The notes beneath the pieces are model-generated. The model was not told the origin of the DNA and did not search any database. It was given only the letters and a program-made list of their open reading frames with translations. From NCBI GenBank assembly GCA_963727455.1, contig CAVSGG010000009.1, positions 1 to 64,000 of the forward strand: a DNA stretch of 64,000 nt, in the 5' to 3' direction. Shown in pieces: positions 33,217 through 42,150 of the stretch (position 1 is its first letter; each line of letters starts with the position of its first letter). The stretch is from Candidatus Krumholzibacteriota bacterium (GTDB lineage: Bacteria > Krumholzibacteriota > Krumholzibacteriia > JAJRXK01). The position numbers and the translations under genes were made by a program.

Positions 33217-34185
33217 ATGTCGTTCCGATTCTTTTCACGCTCTGAACTGGGGCGCTGCGAATGCTGCCCGAGGAACTGCCGCGTCGACCGGACTCGCGGC
33301 GAAAGGGGCGTATGTGGGATTGGTGAGTGTGCGCAGGTCGCGCACCATGGCCTGCACTTCGGCGAAGAACCTCCAATTTCGGGGCAACGTGGCTCGGGTG
33401 CGATCTTCTTCAGCGGCTGTAATCTCCGTTGCGTTTTCTGCCAGAACCATCAAATCAGTCAGGGCGCACTCGCGAGAAGTTCCCGCCGCCACTGCGACGA
33501 GGAACTGGCCGATCTCATGCTCGAGCTGCAAGCCGCTGGAGCGCACAACATCAACCTCGTCTCGCCCTCTCACGTGATTTTCCAGATCGCGGATGCGATC
33601 GAAATGGCGCGCAATCAGGGATTGCGGATTCCCATCGTCTACAACAGCGGGGGCTACGATTCCGTGGCGGCTCTGCGGAGGATCGCGGGTCTCATCGAGA
33701 TCTACCTTCCGGATCTGAAGTACGCGAACTCGAGCCTGGCACGCACGCTCTCCAAGGCGCCGGACTACCCTCAGGTGGCCAGAGCCGCGATTAGCGAGAT
33801 GTTCGCGCAGGTGGGCGAGCTTCGTTGCGACGCTGATGGAATTGCACGTGGCGGCTTGCTGGTTCGCCATTTGGTGTTGCCGGGGCAGCTGGAAAACTCC
33901 AAAGCTTGCCTGCGATTCCTCGCCGAACTCTCCTGCGACATCCATCTGAGCATCATGTCGCAGTACACCCCGCGGGAGGGAACGAACACCATTTCGGGCC
34001 TGGAACGCGGAGTCAGCGAGGAAGAGTACGAGGAGATCTGTGAAACCGCGCTCGAGCTGGGTCTGACGAATGCCTTCGTTCAGGAACTCTCGTCGCAGGG
34101 GAACTACCTGCCCGATTTCGAGCGCAAAAGCCCCTTTGAGCCAAGGAGCGGCTCAGAAGTAGAAGTAAAGTCCACCCTGGGGTAG
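33217..34185 (+). CDS. PflX-like radical SAM protein
   Basis: CECCPRNCRVDR, HFGEEPPISG..GSG.IFF, CNLRCVFCQN, IYLPDLKY and RHLVLPG. Confidence 0.85.
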   Translation: MSFRFFSRSELGRCECCPRNCRVDRTRGERGVCGIGECAQVAHHGLHFGEEPPISGQRGSGAIFFSGCNLRCVFCQNHQISQGALARSSRRHCDEELADLMLELQAAGAHNINLVSPSHVIFQIADAIEMARNQGLRIPIVYNSGGYDSVAALRRIAGLIEIYLPDLKYANSSLARTLSKAPDYPQVARAAISEMFAQVGELRCDADGIARGGLLVRHLVLPGQLENSKACLRFLAELSCDIHLSIMSQYTPREGTNTISGLERGVSEEEYEEICETALELGLTNAFVQELSSQGNYLPDFERKSPFEPRSGSEVEVKSTLG

Positions 34186-34662
34186 GGGCAGGATGTCGTC
34201 GTGACTGCGGCGATACACGAAACCCAGGTCGGCTTTCAAGGCCAGCCGCGGCATCAAGAGGTACTCGACGCCGACCCCGATGGAGGCGTTCCAGTGCTGG
34301 TCCCCCTCCGCTCCTCCCTCTCCGTCGTGAATGATGGCCAGGGCCGGTCCCGCGTAGAGCCGGACTCTCCCCTCCTGGCGCAGCACGAGGTGCAGCTCGG
34401 CGCCCAGATTCCAATCCGTGCTCTTGTCGTTGCGCCAGATGCCTCCGGTCACCGACATCATGGTCTGCGGAAGCAGGGGCCAGCGCACTGACAGCCCGCT
34501 GCCGGTGGCCCATCCGGCCTGCAGGCCAATGGCGGCGATGTAGGGATCGCCGGCCTGATTCCAATCGTAGTAGCTCTGTGCCCGCGCCGGTGTGACGACC
34601 AGCAGCAGGTAGAGGCTTGCCGCGAACAGCGCCTTGAAACCCATGCCAAGCCAATCCCTCAT
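34153..34662 (-). CDS. Small outer-membrane beta-barrel protein
   Basis: Signal peptide (ARA), amphipathic beta-strands and terminal YFYF. Confidence 0.7.
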   Translation of the reverse strand: MRDWLGMGFKALFAASLYLLLVVTPARAQSYYDWNQAGDPYIAAIGLQAGWATGSGLSVRWPLLPQTMMSVTGGIWRNDKSTDWNLGAELHLVLRQEGRVRLYAGPALAIIHDGEGGAEGDQHWNASIGVGVEYLLMPRLALKADLGFVYRRSHDDILPLPQGGLYFYF

Positions 34663-34742
34663 GAAGCGACTCCCGAACTCAGCTGCCGGCCGAGGGTCCT
34701 CGATCCGGGAAGATCCTCGGTCCGTTGAGACCTAGGGGCAGG

Positions 34743-35714
34743 CTACCCGCGAGACCCGCGTTCATCAACGAGGAATAACGCTCGCGGAGCCGGCAGGTCC
34801 GCGATGAGAGCTTGCTCGGGAGCCGGGCCCGAGAGCGGGATTCGCCAGAGTTCACCGTCGTCGGTCGCGGCCCACACCACATCTTCGTGCACCAACAAAT
34901 CCTGAATCGCCCCGTGGAAGGGACCGGCCAGAGGCCGGCCCACTGCTGCATCGCCGGCGAAGTGCCACACACTCATCCGGGATCCGTCGGGCCCGCGCCA
35001 GGTCGCCGGCGGGCCGGGAGCCGCGGCGACCACGACGCCGTCCGCGGGCCCCATGCTTCGCGCCAATCGAGCCGCGAAGGCGGCGCGGGGGGGCAAGCCG
35101 AGGCGATGGGCCGCGCCGGAGAGCGGATCGAAAGCCCACAGGCCCAGGCCCGTGGCCAGGTAGAACCGGGGCGCGGCGAAGAGGAGATCCCGCGCATCGC
35201 GCGGCAGTTCGTCGGCGCCGTGGACTCGCCAGCGACCCTCGCGGTGGCAATAGACGCCCCCCACGCTGATGCTGGCCCACACGCTGTCGCCTTCGGCCCA
35301 GAGCCCAGTCACGCGCGGTTCATAGGGCGCTTCCAGGCCCTGCCAGCGCTCGCGTGCGGCGAGTCCGGACAGCGGGCTCAGTTCCAGCCAACCCTCGTCC
35401 TCTCGCCAGCGCCAGACCTGGGGAGGGCAAGTTCCGAGATAGAGAGTCCCGTCCTTGGCCATGCATGCACACTGAGGCTCGCTCTCGTCCAGCTCGAGCG
35501 AAGGACCTTCCCTGAAGGCGCGCGCGGCGGAGTCCCAGAGGAGAAGCCGCCCGTCGCCGCAGAGTGCGGCCAGACGCCCGGAGTTTCCGGCGAGAGCCAC
35601 GGCGGCGCTCGCCGGAGCGTCGACCGAAAGTTGCCGCTTCGAGCTGGGCAGCTCCGTCTCTATCGGAACTCTCCACAGTCCTCGTTCACTGGCCACCAAG
35701 AGAATCTGGCTCAT
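34743..35714 (-). CDS. Hypothetical beta-propeller-like protein
   Basis: Repeated blades (LYLGT, VWASISVGGVY, FYLATGLGLW, VWAATDDGELW); start uncertain. Confidence 0.55.
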   Translation of the reverse strand: MSQILLVASERGLWRVPIETELPSSKRQLSVDAPASAAVALAGNSGRLAALCGDGRLLLWDSAARAFREGPSLELDESEPQCACMAKDGTLYLGTCPPQVWRWREDEGWLELSPLSGLAARERWQGLEAPYEPRVTGLWAEGDSVWASISVGGVYCHREGRWRVHGADELPRDARDLLFAAPRFYLATGLGLWAFDPLSGAAHRLGLPPRAAFAARLARSMGPADGVVVAAAPGPPATWRGPDGSRMSVWHFAGDAAVGRPLAGPFHGAIQDLLVHEDVVWAATDDGELWRIPLSGPAPEQALIADLPAPRALFLVDERGSRG

Positions 35715-35895
35715 CTTGAAGACTTCGGGCTTGGAGTCGTGCAGGATCATCCTCGCGAAAGAGGTGTAGTCTAGCAGGAACACGCTAGCTTGAACAACGC
35801 ACGCCCTTGAAGTTGCGAACTCTCACTTCCCAGCTTCGAGCTCATTCCCTATGATCCTAGCCATTCGGGCCGAATGCACCGCGATTGGAGCGCAC

Positions 35896-36339
35896 TTGGG
35901 CAAGCAAAAACTTCTCACCATTGGATGGCGGGAGTACGTAGCCCTCCCCGAATGGAGCTTGTTCAAGATCAGAGCGAAAATCGATACCGGAGCGAGATCT
36001 TGCGCTCTCGACGTACACCACCTTGAATGCTTGGAAGGGGACCGAGTGCACTTCGAGATCGCGCTCTCGAGAAAAGACCGCACGCGCATACGGCGCGTCG
36101 AGGCGGCAATCAGCCGCAGAAGCATCGTGAAGTCCAGTCTGGGAGACACCCACGAGCGTATTTTCGTCAAGACTCCGCTGATTTTGGCCGGGATCCGACA
36201 GATCGTGGAAGTGGGACTCATTTCGCGGGAAGAAATGCGCTCGCGGATGCTTATTGGCAGAAATGTGCTAGAGGGCCGCTACCTGGTCGATCCGAGTGCT
36301 CGTTTTCTCTGGCCCCATGAAATGCGCCCCGACAGCTGA
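35896..36339 (+). CDS. RimB-like protein ('ATP-dependent zinc protease' family, retropepsin-like)
   Basis: IGWRE, AKIDTGARSCALD and MLIGR. TTG start after GGAG; alternative ATG at 35851. Confidence 0.85.
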   Translation: MGKQKLLTIGWREYVALPEWSLFKIRAKIDTGARSCALDVHHLECLEGDRVHFEIALSRKDRTRIRRVEAAISRRSIVKSSLGDTHERIFVKTPLILAGIRQIVEVGLISREEMRSRMLIGRNVLEGRYLVDPSARFLWPHEMRPDS

Positions 36340-36368
36340 GTAAATTTCCCCGAGTAGAAACGAAGAAG

Positions 36369-37559
36369 ATGAAGATTGCCATCCTGACTCGCAACGCGCG
36401 CGGTTACTCCGTACGAAGATTGCGCCATGCCGCGGACGAGCGAGGACACAAAGTCCGCGCCTACGACACCTTGAAGTTCGCGCTCCACGTCGAGTCCCGT
36501 GAACCCGACCTCCTGTACAATCAGCGCGCCATCGAAAACTGTGACGTGGTGATTCCGCGCATTGGATCATCGATCACCCCCTTCGGCACCGCCGTGGTGC
36601 GGCAGTTCGAGCAAATGGGAGTGAGTTGCCTGAACACCTCGACTTCCATCAGCGTTTCCCGTGACAAGTTGCGCAGCCTCCAGGTTTTGAGCCGCCACGA
36701 CATCGGCATGCCGGAATCCGCTTTCGTTCGGCGCAAAGAGGACGTGATACCGGCAATTCGTGGCGTGGGCGGAGCGCCCGTGATCATCAAGCTCCTCGAG
36801 GGTTCACAGGGAATCGGGGTGATCCTCGCCGACCAAGAGACGATCGCGGCCGCGATCATCGAGACTCTGCAAAGTGCGAGGCAGAGCGTGCTCATTCAGA
36901 AATTCGTTTCTGAAAGCAAGGGGAAGGACATCCGCGCGCTCGTGGTGGGAGGTCGAGTGGTGGCCGCCATGCGCCGAAGGGCTGCGGGTCACGAGTTTCG
37001 CAGCAACGTGCACCGAGGGGGACGAACCGAGCCGGTGGAACTGGACGAGGAATACCAACGCACCGCGGTGAAGGCGGCACAGATCATGGGTTTGCGCCTG
37101 GCTGGCGTGGATATCCTCGAAAGCGAGGAAGGTCCCCAGGTCATGGAGGTGAATTCCTCTCCGGGACTCGAAGGGATCGAGAAGGCCACCGGGGTGGACG
37201 TCGCGGGAGCGATCATCGAGCACCTCGAGGAACTCGTGCTCTTTCCGGAGATCGATCTGCGACAACGCCTCACCCTGAAGAGCGGATATGGAGTGGCGGA
37301 GTTCCAGGTGAACCGAGAATCGAGCCTGTGCAACACCCCCATCGCGGAGACGGGTCTGAGAGAGCGCGATGTGCTCGTGTTGAGCATCCAGAGGGCGGGC
37401 ATCAGCATTCCCGCCCCTCACGGTCGCCACGAGATCCTTCCCGGAGACACTCTGGTATGTTACGGCAAAATCCTCACTCTGAAGTCGCTGATCCCGGCCA
37501 AGAAGCCGCGGCGACGCAAGAAAAAACGCAATTCGAGTTCGGGCGGAGGACGCAAATGA
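36369..37559 (+). CDS. rimK: RimK-family alpha-L-glutamate ligase with C-terminal RCK_C (TrkA-C) domain
   Basis: VIPRIG, RDKLRSLQ, KLLEGSQGIGV, FRSNVHRGG and EVNSSPGLEGIE, plus about 100 extra aa containing LVLSIQR...P.....ILPGDTLV. Confidence 0.9.
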   Translation: MKIAILTRNARGYSVRRLRHAADERGHKVRAYDTLKFALHVESREPDLLYNQRAIENCDVVIPRIGSSITPFGTAVVRQFEQMGVSCLNTSTSISVSRDKLRSLQVLSRHDIGMPESAFVRRKEDVIPAIRGVGGAPVIIKLLEGSQGIGVILADQETIAAAIIETLQSARQSVLIQKFVSESKGKDIRALVVGGRVVAAMRRRAAGHEFRSNVHRGGRTEPVELDEEYQRTAVKAAQIMGLRLAGVDILESEEGPQVMEVNSSPGLEGIEKATGVDVAGAIIEHLEELVLFPEIDLRQRLTLKSGYGVAEFQVNRESSLCNTPIAETGLRERDVLVLSIQRAGISIPAPHGRHEILPGDTLVCYGKILTLKSLIPAKKPRRRKKKRNSSSGGGRK

Positions 37560-38623
37560 AGAAGAGCACGTCCGCGTTCCGGCTGGGGGGCGTCCGGGTA
37601 CCGCGCGGCGAATCGCGTGACATTCGCATCGAGCTGAGCCAGAGCTACACCGGTGACGTAATCAGCCTGCCGGTGCACGTGCTTCGAGGAAAGACCAAGG
37701 GACCGACCCTCTTCGTGACTGCGGCGATCCATGGCGACGAGATCAACGGCACCGGCATCCTGCACGAGATTCTCTTCGACACCCCCCTGAAACTCGTGGC
37801 GGGAACTCTCATCCTGGTTCCGGTGGTCAACGTCTTCGGTTTCGAAACGCAGGATCGTTACATGCCCGACCGTCGCGATCTCAATCGCTTCTTTCCGGGG
37901 GACCCCACCGGCAGCCTGACGCGGCGCATCGCACACACTCTCTTCTCACAGATCGTGGGGCAGAGCGACTTCGGGATCGATCTGCATACCGCGGCCACCG
38001 GACGGACCAACTTTCCCAACGTGCGCGGCGACCTGAGAAACAAAGATGTACGTCGCCTGGCGCGTTCCTTCGGTTGCGAACTCATGGTTCACGGCCGCGG
38101 CCCCGAAGGTTCCTTGCGCCGGGAGGCAGTCAAAGCAGGTTGTCCGACCATTCTCCTCGAGGCCGGGGAGCCCTCCAAAATCGAACGGGGGGTGCAGGAA
38201 ACTGGAGTCCGGGGGATTCTGAACGTCCTTTCGGACCTGGGGATGATCGAGCGGCAAGCGGTTCAGCCCCTCTATCAGGTCAAGATCTATCGCTCCGTGT
38301 GGCTGCGGGCGGAAGCGGCGGGAATCCTGCGCTTCCACGTGAGCCCGGGCGAGCTGGTCGAGGCCGGCCAGGCCATCGCGACCAACGTGAGCGTGTTCGG
38401 AGAGACGCAAAACACTCTGCTTTCGCCGGTCGACGGTATCATCCTGGGGATGACCACCCTGCCCGCGGTGAAGCCGGGGGAGCCGGTATGTCACCTCGCG
38501 ATTCCCTCGCGTTCTTTGAAGGGAGTGCGTCGCGCACTGGAGCGTTCCCGGTCCCTCGAGTTCGAGACCGCCTCGCCGGGGAGCCTAACTTCACAGACGA
38601 TCTTCGAGCAGCGCGAGGACTGA
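37556..38623 (+). CDS. Succinylglutamate desuccinylase/aspartoacylase (M14-like) family protein
   Basis: HGDEING, DLNRFFPG, IDLHT and LEAG; C-terminal biotinyl-like repeat. Confidence 0.9.
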   Translation: MKKSTSAFRLGGVRVPRGESRDIRIELSQSYTGDVISLPVHVLRGKTKGPTLFVTAAIHGDEINGTGILHEILFDTPLKLVAGTLILVPVVNVFGFETQDRYMPDRRDLNRFFPGDPTGSLTRRIAHTLFSQIVGQSDFGIDLHTAATGRTNFPNVRGDLRNKDVRRLARSFGCELMVHGRGPEGSLRREAVKAGCPTILLEAGEPSKIERGVQETGVRGILNVLSDLGMIERQAVQPLYQVKIYRSVWLRAEAAGILRFHVSPGELVEAGQAIATNVSVFGETQNTLLSPVDGIILGMTTLPAVKPGEPVCHLAIPSRSLKGVRRALERSRSLEFETASPGSLTSQTIFEQRED

Positions 38624-38627
38624 AACG

Positions 38628-39461
38628 ATGAGCACAACGCGCATCCGCAGTTGGACGCACCGGGCCGAGGATTCCCAGGGTCTGCCGGAAACCGGCTCGC
38701 CGAGCATTGCACTGCGATATCGTGGACGTCCCGGCGGCGACGGAAAGTGCGAGGATGCCGCGCTCGTCCTCGAACTCGGCCCCCACTCGCATCTGTTGGC
38801 GGTAGCGGACGGAATGGGTAGCGGGGCCCGAGCGGACGACGCCTCGGCCACGATCGTCGAGTGCCTGGCCAAACGCGCTGAAGCGCTCGCCGACGAGAGC
38901 ACTTCCCGATTGGAGATCCTCAATGCCATCGAGGAAGCCAACGAGCAAATCCGCGGCTGGGGCGTGGGCGCGGCCACGACGGTGGTCATCGCCCGGGTCG
39001 ATGGCGAGGGCTATCGCACCTACCACGTGGGAGACTCCGAGGCCTTGGTCGCCGGACAGCGCGGCAAGCTGAAGTGGCAAACCGTTTCGCACTCGCCGGT
39101 CGGCTATGCGCAGGCCTCCGGACTCCTCGACGCGCACGACGCCATGGTGCACGAGGAAAGGCATCTGGTGCACAGCATGCTCGGCATGGAAGGAATGCGG
39201 GTGGACGTGGGAGAACGTCGCCACTTCGCCATGCGTGACACCTTGGTGCTGGGCAGTGACGGCCTCTTCGACAACCTGGAGCTGGTGGAGATCGTGGAGA
39301 TCATCCGACGCGGTCCCCTGAAGAAAGCGGCCGACGCGCTTCTCGCCCGAAGTCTGGAGCGCATGAACCGCCCCGAGACGGAGGGCCCGGGCAAGCCCGA
39401 CGACATCGCCTTCATTCTCTACCGCCCCCCGTTCAAGCCCTCTGGGAGCCAGAAAAAATGA
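38628..39461 (+). CDS. PP2C/PPM-family Ser/Thr phosphatase
   Basis: CEDA, AVADGMG, HVGDS, GSDGLFD and PDDI. Confidence 0.85.
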   Translation: MSTTRIRSWTHRAEDSQGLPETGSPSIALRYRGRPGGDGKCEDAALVLELGPHSHLLAVADGMGSGARADDASATIVECLAKRAEALADESTSRLEILNAIEEANEQIRGWGVGAATTVVIARVDGEGYRTYHVGDSEALVAGQRGKLKWQTVSHSPVGYAQASGLLDAHDAMVHEERHLVHSMLGMEGMRVDVGERRHFAMRDTLVLGSDGLFDNLELVEIVEIIRRGPLKKAADALLARSLERMNRPETEGPGKPDDIAFILYRPPFKPSGSQKK

Positions 39462-40192
39462 GCAGAGCACGCATCCAGAGTTTCAACCTGAAACCAGGAC
39501 GTAAGATCGGACGCAGTTACGAAGTCGAACAGAGGCTCGGGGGAGGCAGCGAGGGAGAGGTCTACCGCATCCGCGAGCGTAGCACGGGAATCCTGCGCGC
39601 CGCCAAGTTGTTCTTCCCCCACCCCGATCCCAAGGGCACGATGCCCGCGCGCAGGGCCCAGAAGTTGGAAGCGCTGCGCGACTGCCCGATCGTGATGCAG
39701 TACTACCACACCGAACACGTGAAGATCGGACAGCTGTGGACCACGGTGATGATCAGCGCGTACTCGCCGGGGCAGCCGCTCCAGGAGTGGGTCGACAAGC
39801 ATCGTGGCAAGAGACTGCGCCCCTTCATCGCCTTGATCATCCTGCACCGTTTGGCTCTTGGCCTGGAGGATGTCCACGACCGCGGCGAGTACCACGCCGA
39901 CGTCCACACCGGAAACATCCTCATCAGTCAGGTCGGCGTGGATTTTCAGTTGAAGCTCATCGATTTCTACGACTGGGGCCGCCCCAGCCGCGCCAAGCAG
40001 CAGAACGACATCCTGCAGGCGGTACGCGTGCTCTACGACATGATCGGGGGGCCCAAGGCCTACCGGGAGAGCCCCAAGGACATCCGCGAGGTGTGCTGCG
40101 GGCTGCGCCACGATCTCATCTTGAGCCGCTATCCCACCATGGCGGCCCTGCGCTATCACCTGGAGAGCTTCGAGCCCACCATCCTGCCCTGA
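39458..40192 (+). CDS. Small atypical Ser/Thr protein kinase-like protein
   Basis: LGGGSEGEVY, RAAK, YHADVHTGNILI and LIDFY; short C-lobe. Confidence 0.8.
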   Translation: MSRARIQSFNLKPGRKIGRSYEVEQRLGGGSEGEVYRIRERSTGILRAAKLFFPHPDPKGTMPARRAQKLEALRDCPIVMQYYHTEHVKIGQLWTTVMISAYSPGQPLQEWVDKHRGKRLRPFIALIILHRLALGLEDVHDRGEYHADVHTGNILISQVGVDFQLKLIDFYDWGRPSRAKQQNDILQAVRVLYDMIGGPKAYRESPKDIREVCCGLRHDLILSRYPTMAALRYHLESFEPTILP

Positions 40193-40292
40193 GAGCGAGC
40201 CCGGCGCTCTCCGACCAAGGGGAGAGAGCATCGCACTCAGCTCTGCGCCTACAGTGCCACCGAGACGCTCCAGCGGGCACCTGCGCCACACG

Positions 40293-40323
40293 AAAAAGAG
40301 GGGAAGGCCTGCGCCCTCCCCTC
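40293..40323 (-). terminator. Intrinsic terminator of the multiheme cytochrome gene
   Basis: Minus strand GAGGGGAGGGC-gcag-GCCTTCCCCTC-TTTTT, with one G-U pair. Confidence 0.7.
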
Positions 40324-40362
40324 TCCTTCATTGGAAGACCGAGGTCCCCGAGACTCGATACC

Positions 40363-41403
40363 TTACTGCAGTTCCGCGAGCCGGCTGTCCACGTAGTTCT
40401 GCGTGGCCGTGAGGACTGCGTTGGTGAAAGTGGTGTTGTGGACGCTCATGGTGGTGTCGTCCAGAAGCAGCAGGTAGTTCCACACTGCCCCACGCGCGTC
40501 CTCATCGACCCCCACGCCCGCCGGCACCACGGCCGAGTGACCGGAGTTCAGCCAGCCCAGAGTCTCCATGTCCGTGGCGAGAGCCTCCAGCTTGGCCGCG
40601 AAGGCGGTCTGAGCATTCTCGACCAGAGTCGTGATCGTCCCCTCGTCGCCACCGTGGCAGAGCACGCAACCCTGGGGATTGATGTACTCGGAACCGTGGA
40701 AGTTGTAAGTCATCCACCAGGAGTGGCCGCCGGCCATTCCGTCTACCGGAGGCGTCGCCATGTGGCAGGTCACGCAACCGTCGGGATTCCCGGTGTTGTG
40801 CGCGTGCAGGGCCGGGTAGGGCTGTCCGTTGAAGGAGTAGGCTCCCTTCCCCACCAGCACGTTGGCCTGCGGGCCGTGGTGCGGTCCCCAATAGGGTGAG
40901 GTGATCGGGTCGGGCGAATCGAAGGCCGGTTCGGGGGTGCGCGCTTGATGACACATCGCGCAGATGTTGCTGTTGCCCCGGTCGTAGGCCCCCGCGCCAC
41001 CCATCTCCAGATCGGTCGGACCGGAGGTGCGCAGAGCGAAGTCACCGTTGGTATGGGGAGCGTGACAGGCGAAGCAGCCGATGTTGGACGACTCCTCCAG
41101 ATCGACGGTGGCGCCGTTGTTGGCGACCCGGTACTGGAAGCCCTCGGTGGTATGGCAGCCCGAGCAGGGGGCGCTGCGGCGCACGTCGGTATCGCCGGTC
41201 GCGTGCTGGCTGGTCTCATACTCGTTTTGGATGGAAACGATGTAATTCTGCATCTGGTAGTCGTCCGTATGGCAGGCGGAGAGACAGGTCGCGGTTCCGG
41301 CGGGACCCGCGGGACCCTGTTCCCCCTGATCTCCCGTGCACCCGGCGAACGCGAGTAGTGTCATCGCCCCGATCAACAGCAAGACGGGGTTCAAGCGCTT
41401 CAT
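40363..41403 (-). CDS. Multiheme c-type cytochrome lipoprotein (5 CxxCH + 1 CxxxCH)
   Basis: Lipobox FAGC, collagen-like GDQGEQGPAGPAG, then CLSACH, CSGCH, CFACH, CAMCH, CVTCH and CVLCH. Confidence 0.9.
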   Translation of the reverse strand: MKRLNPVLLLIGAMTLLAFAGCTGDQGEQGPAGPAGTATCLSACHTDDYQMQNYIVSIQNEYETSQHATGDTDVRRSAPCSGCHTTEGFQYRVANNGATVDLEESSNIGCFACHAPHTNGDFALRTSGPTDLEMGGAGAYDRGNSNICAMCHQARTPEPAFDSPDPITSPYWGPHHGPQANVLVGKGAYSFNGQPYPALHAHNTGNPDGCVTCHMATPPVDGMAGGHSWWMTYNFHGSEYINPQGCVLCHGGDEGTITTLVENAQTAFAAKLEALATDMETLGWLNSGHSAVVPAGVGVDEDARGAVWNYLLLLDDTTMSVHNTTFTNAVLTATQNYVDSRLAELQ

Positions 41404-41615
41404 GGCATCATCCTCTCAAGTTCGATTCCCGAAGAAACACGGTGGAGGTGCCTCCTGCGGACCCGTCGACCACCGCACATGGCTTTGCCAGCCGTGCCAA
41501 ATTTGGGCGTCCACAAAAGAGGAGTCAAGGACTTCGTAAACCTGTATTTGCAAGGAGCTTTCAGAGCGGAGCAGATGGCGTGAGTTCGGCGGAGAAGACG
41601 CGCTCCGAGCGGGCT

Positions 41616-42146
41616 TCAGCCGAGTCGCTTCCAGTACACTTCCTTCGCGTCGTTGGCAGCATAGAAGTCCGGATAGCTCACCAAGTGCTCGAAGCCGCTG
41701 GAAAGGTAGAAGTGACGCGTGGGCTCATACTGCGGCTTCCCCGAGGTCTCGATGTAGATTTGCCGGCCATTTTTGCGCTTAATTTTCGCCTCAAGCTCCG
41801 CCAACAGCCAGTGGCCGATCCCCTCCGAACGGTGCTTCTGGTCCACCGCGATCCAGTAGAGGTCGTAGCTGCCCTCGGTGCAGGCGATCTCGCCGTAGCA
41901 GCAGTAGGCACAGGTCAGAGGCTCCTCCGGCGAGGAGCCCGCGGACTCGACGAAAAGAAACTCGTAGCCACTCGCCGCTCCCCGCACCCGCCTCTCCCGC
42001 ACCAGTTCCACCGCGATGGCGCACTCCTGTGGACTGAAGTAGCCGCTGGACCGCACGATTCTCGCGACGGTGTCCTCGTCCTGCGGCCAGAGCCTCTCGC
42101 GAAGGAAGAACCCGGCCGGAATTTTAGCCACGCCCTCTGCCTGCAT
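41616..42146 (-). CDS. GNAT-family N-acetyltransferase
   Basis: YDLYWIAVDQKHRSEGIG (motif A), IETS and TRHFY. Confidence 0.88.
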   Translation of the reverse strand: MQAEGVAKIPAGFFLRERLWPQDEDTVARIVRSSGYFSPQECAIAVELVRERRVRGAASGYEFLFVESAGSSPEEPLTCAYCCYGEIACTEGSYDLYWIAVDQKHRSEGIGHWLLAELEAKIKRKNGRQIYIETSGKPQYEPTRHFYLSSGFEHLVSYPDFYAANDAKEVYWKRLG

Positions 42147-42150
42147 CGTG

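Noticed and set aside
41480-41510. Possible sigma54 promoter (TTGGCACG) upstream of the multiheme gene
   Set aside because: No GC at the -12 position with GG-N10-GC spacing.
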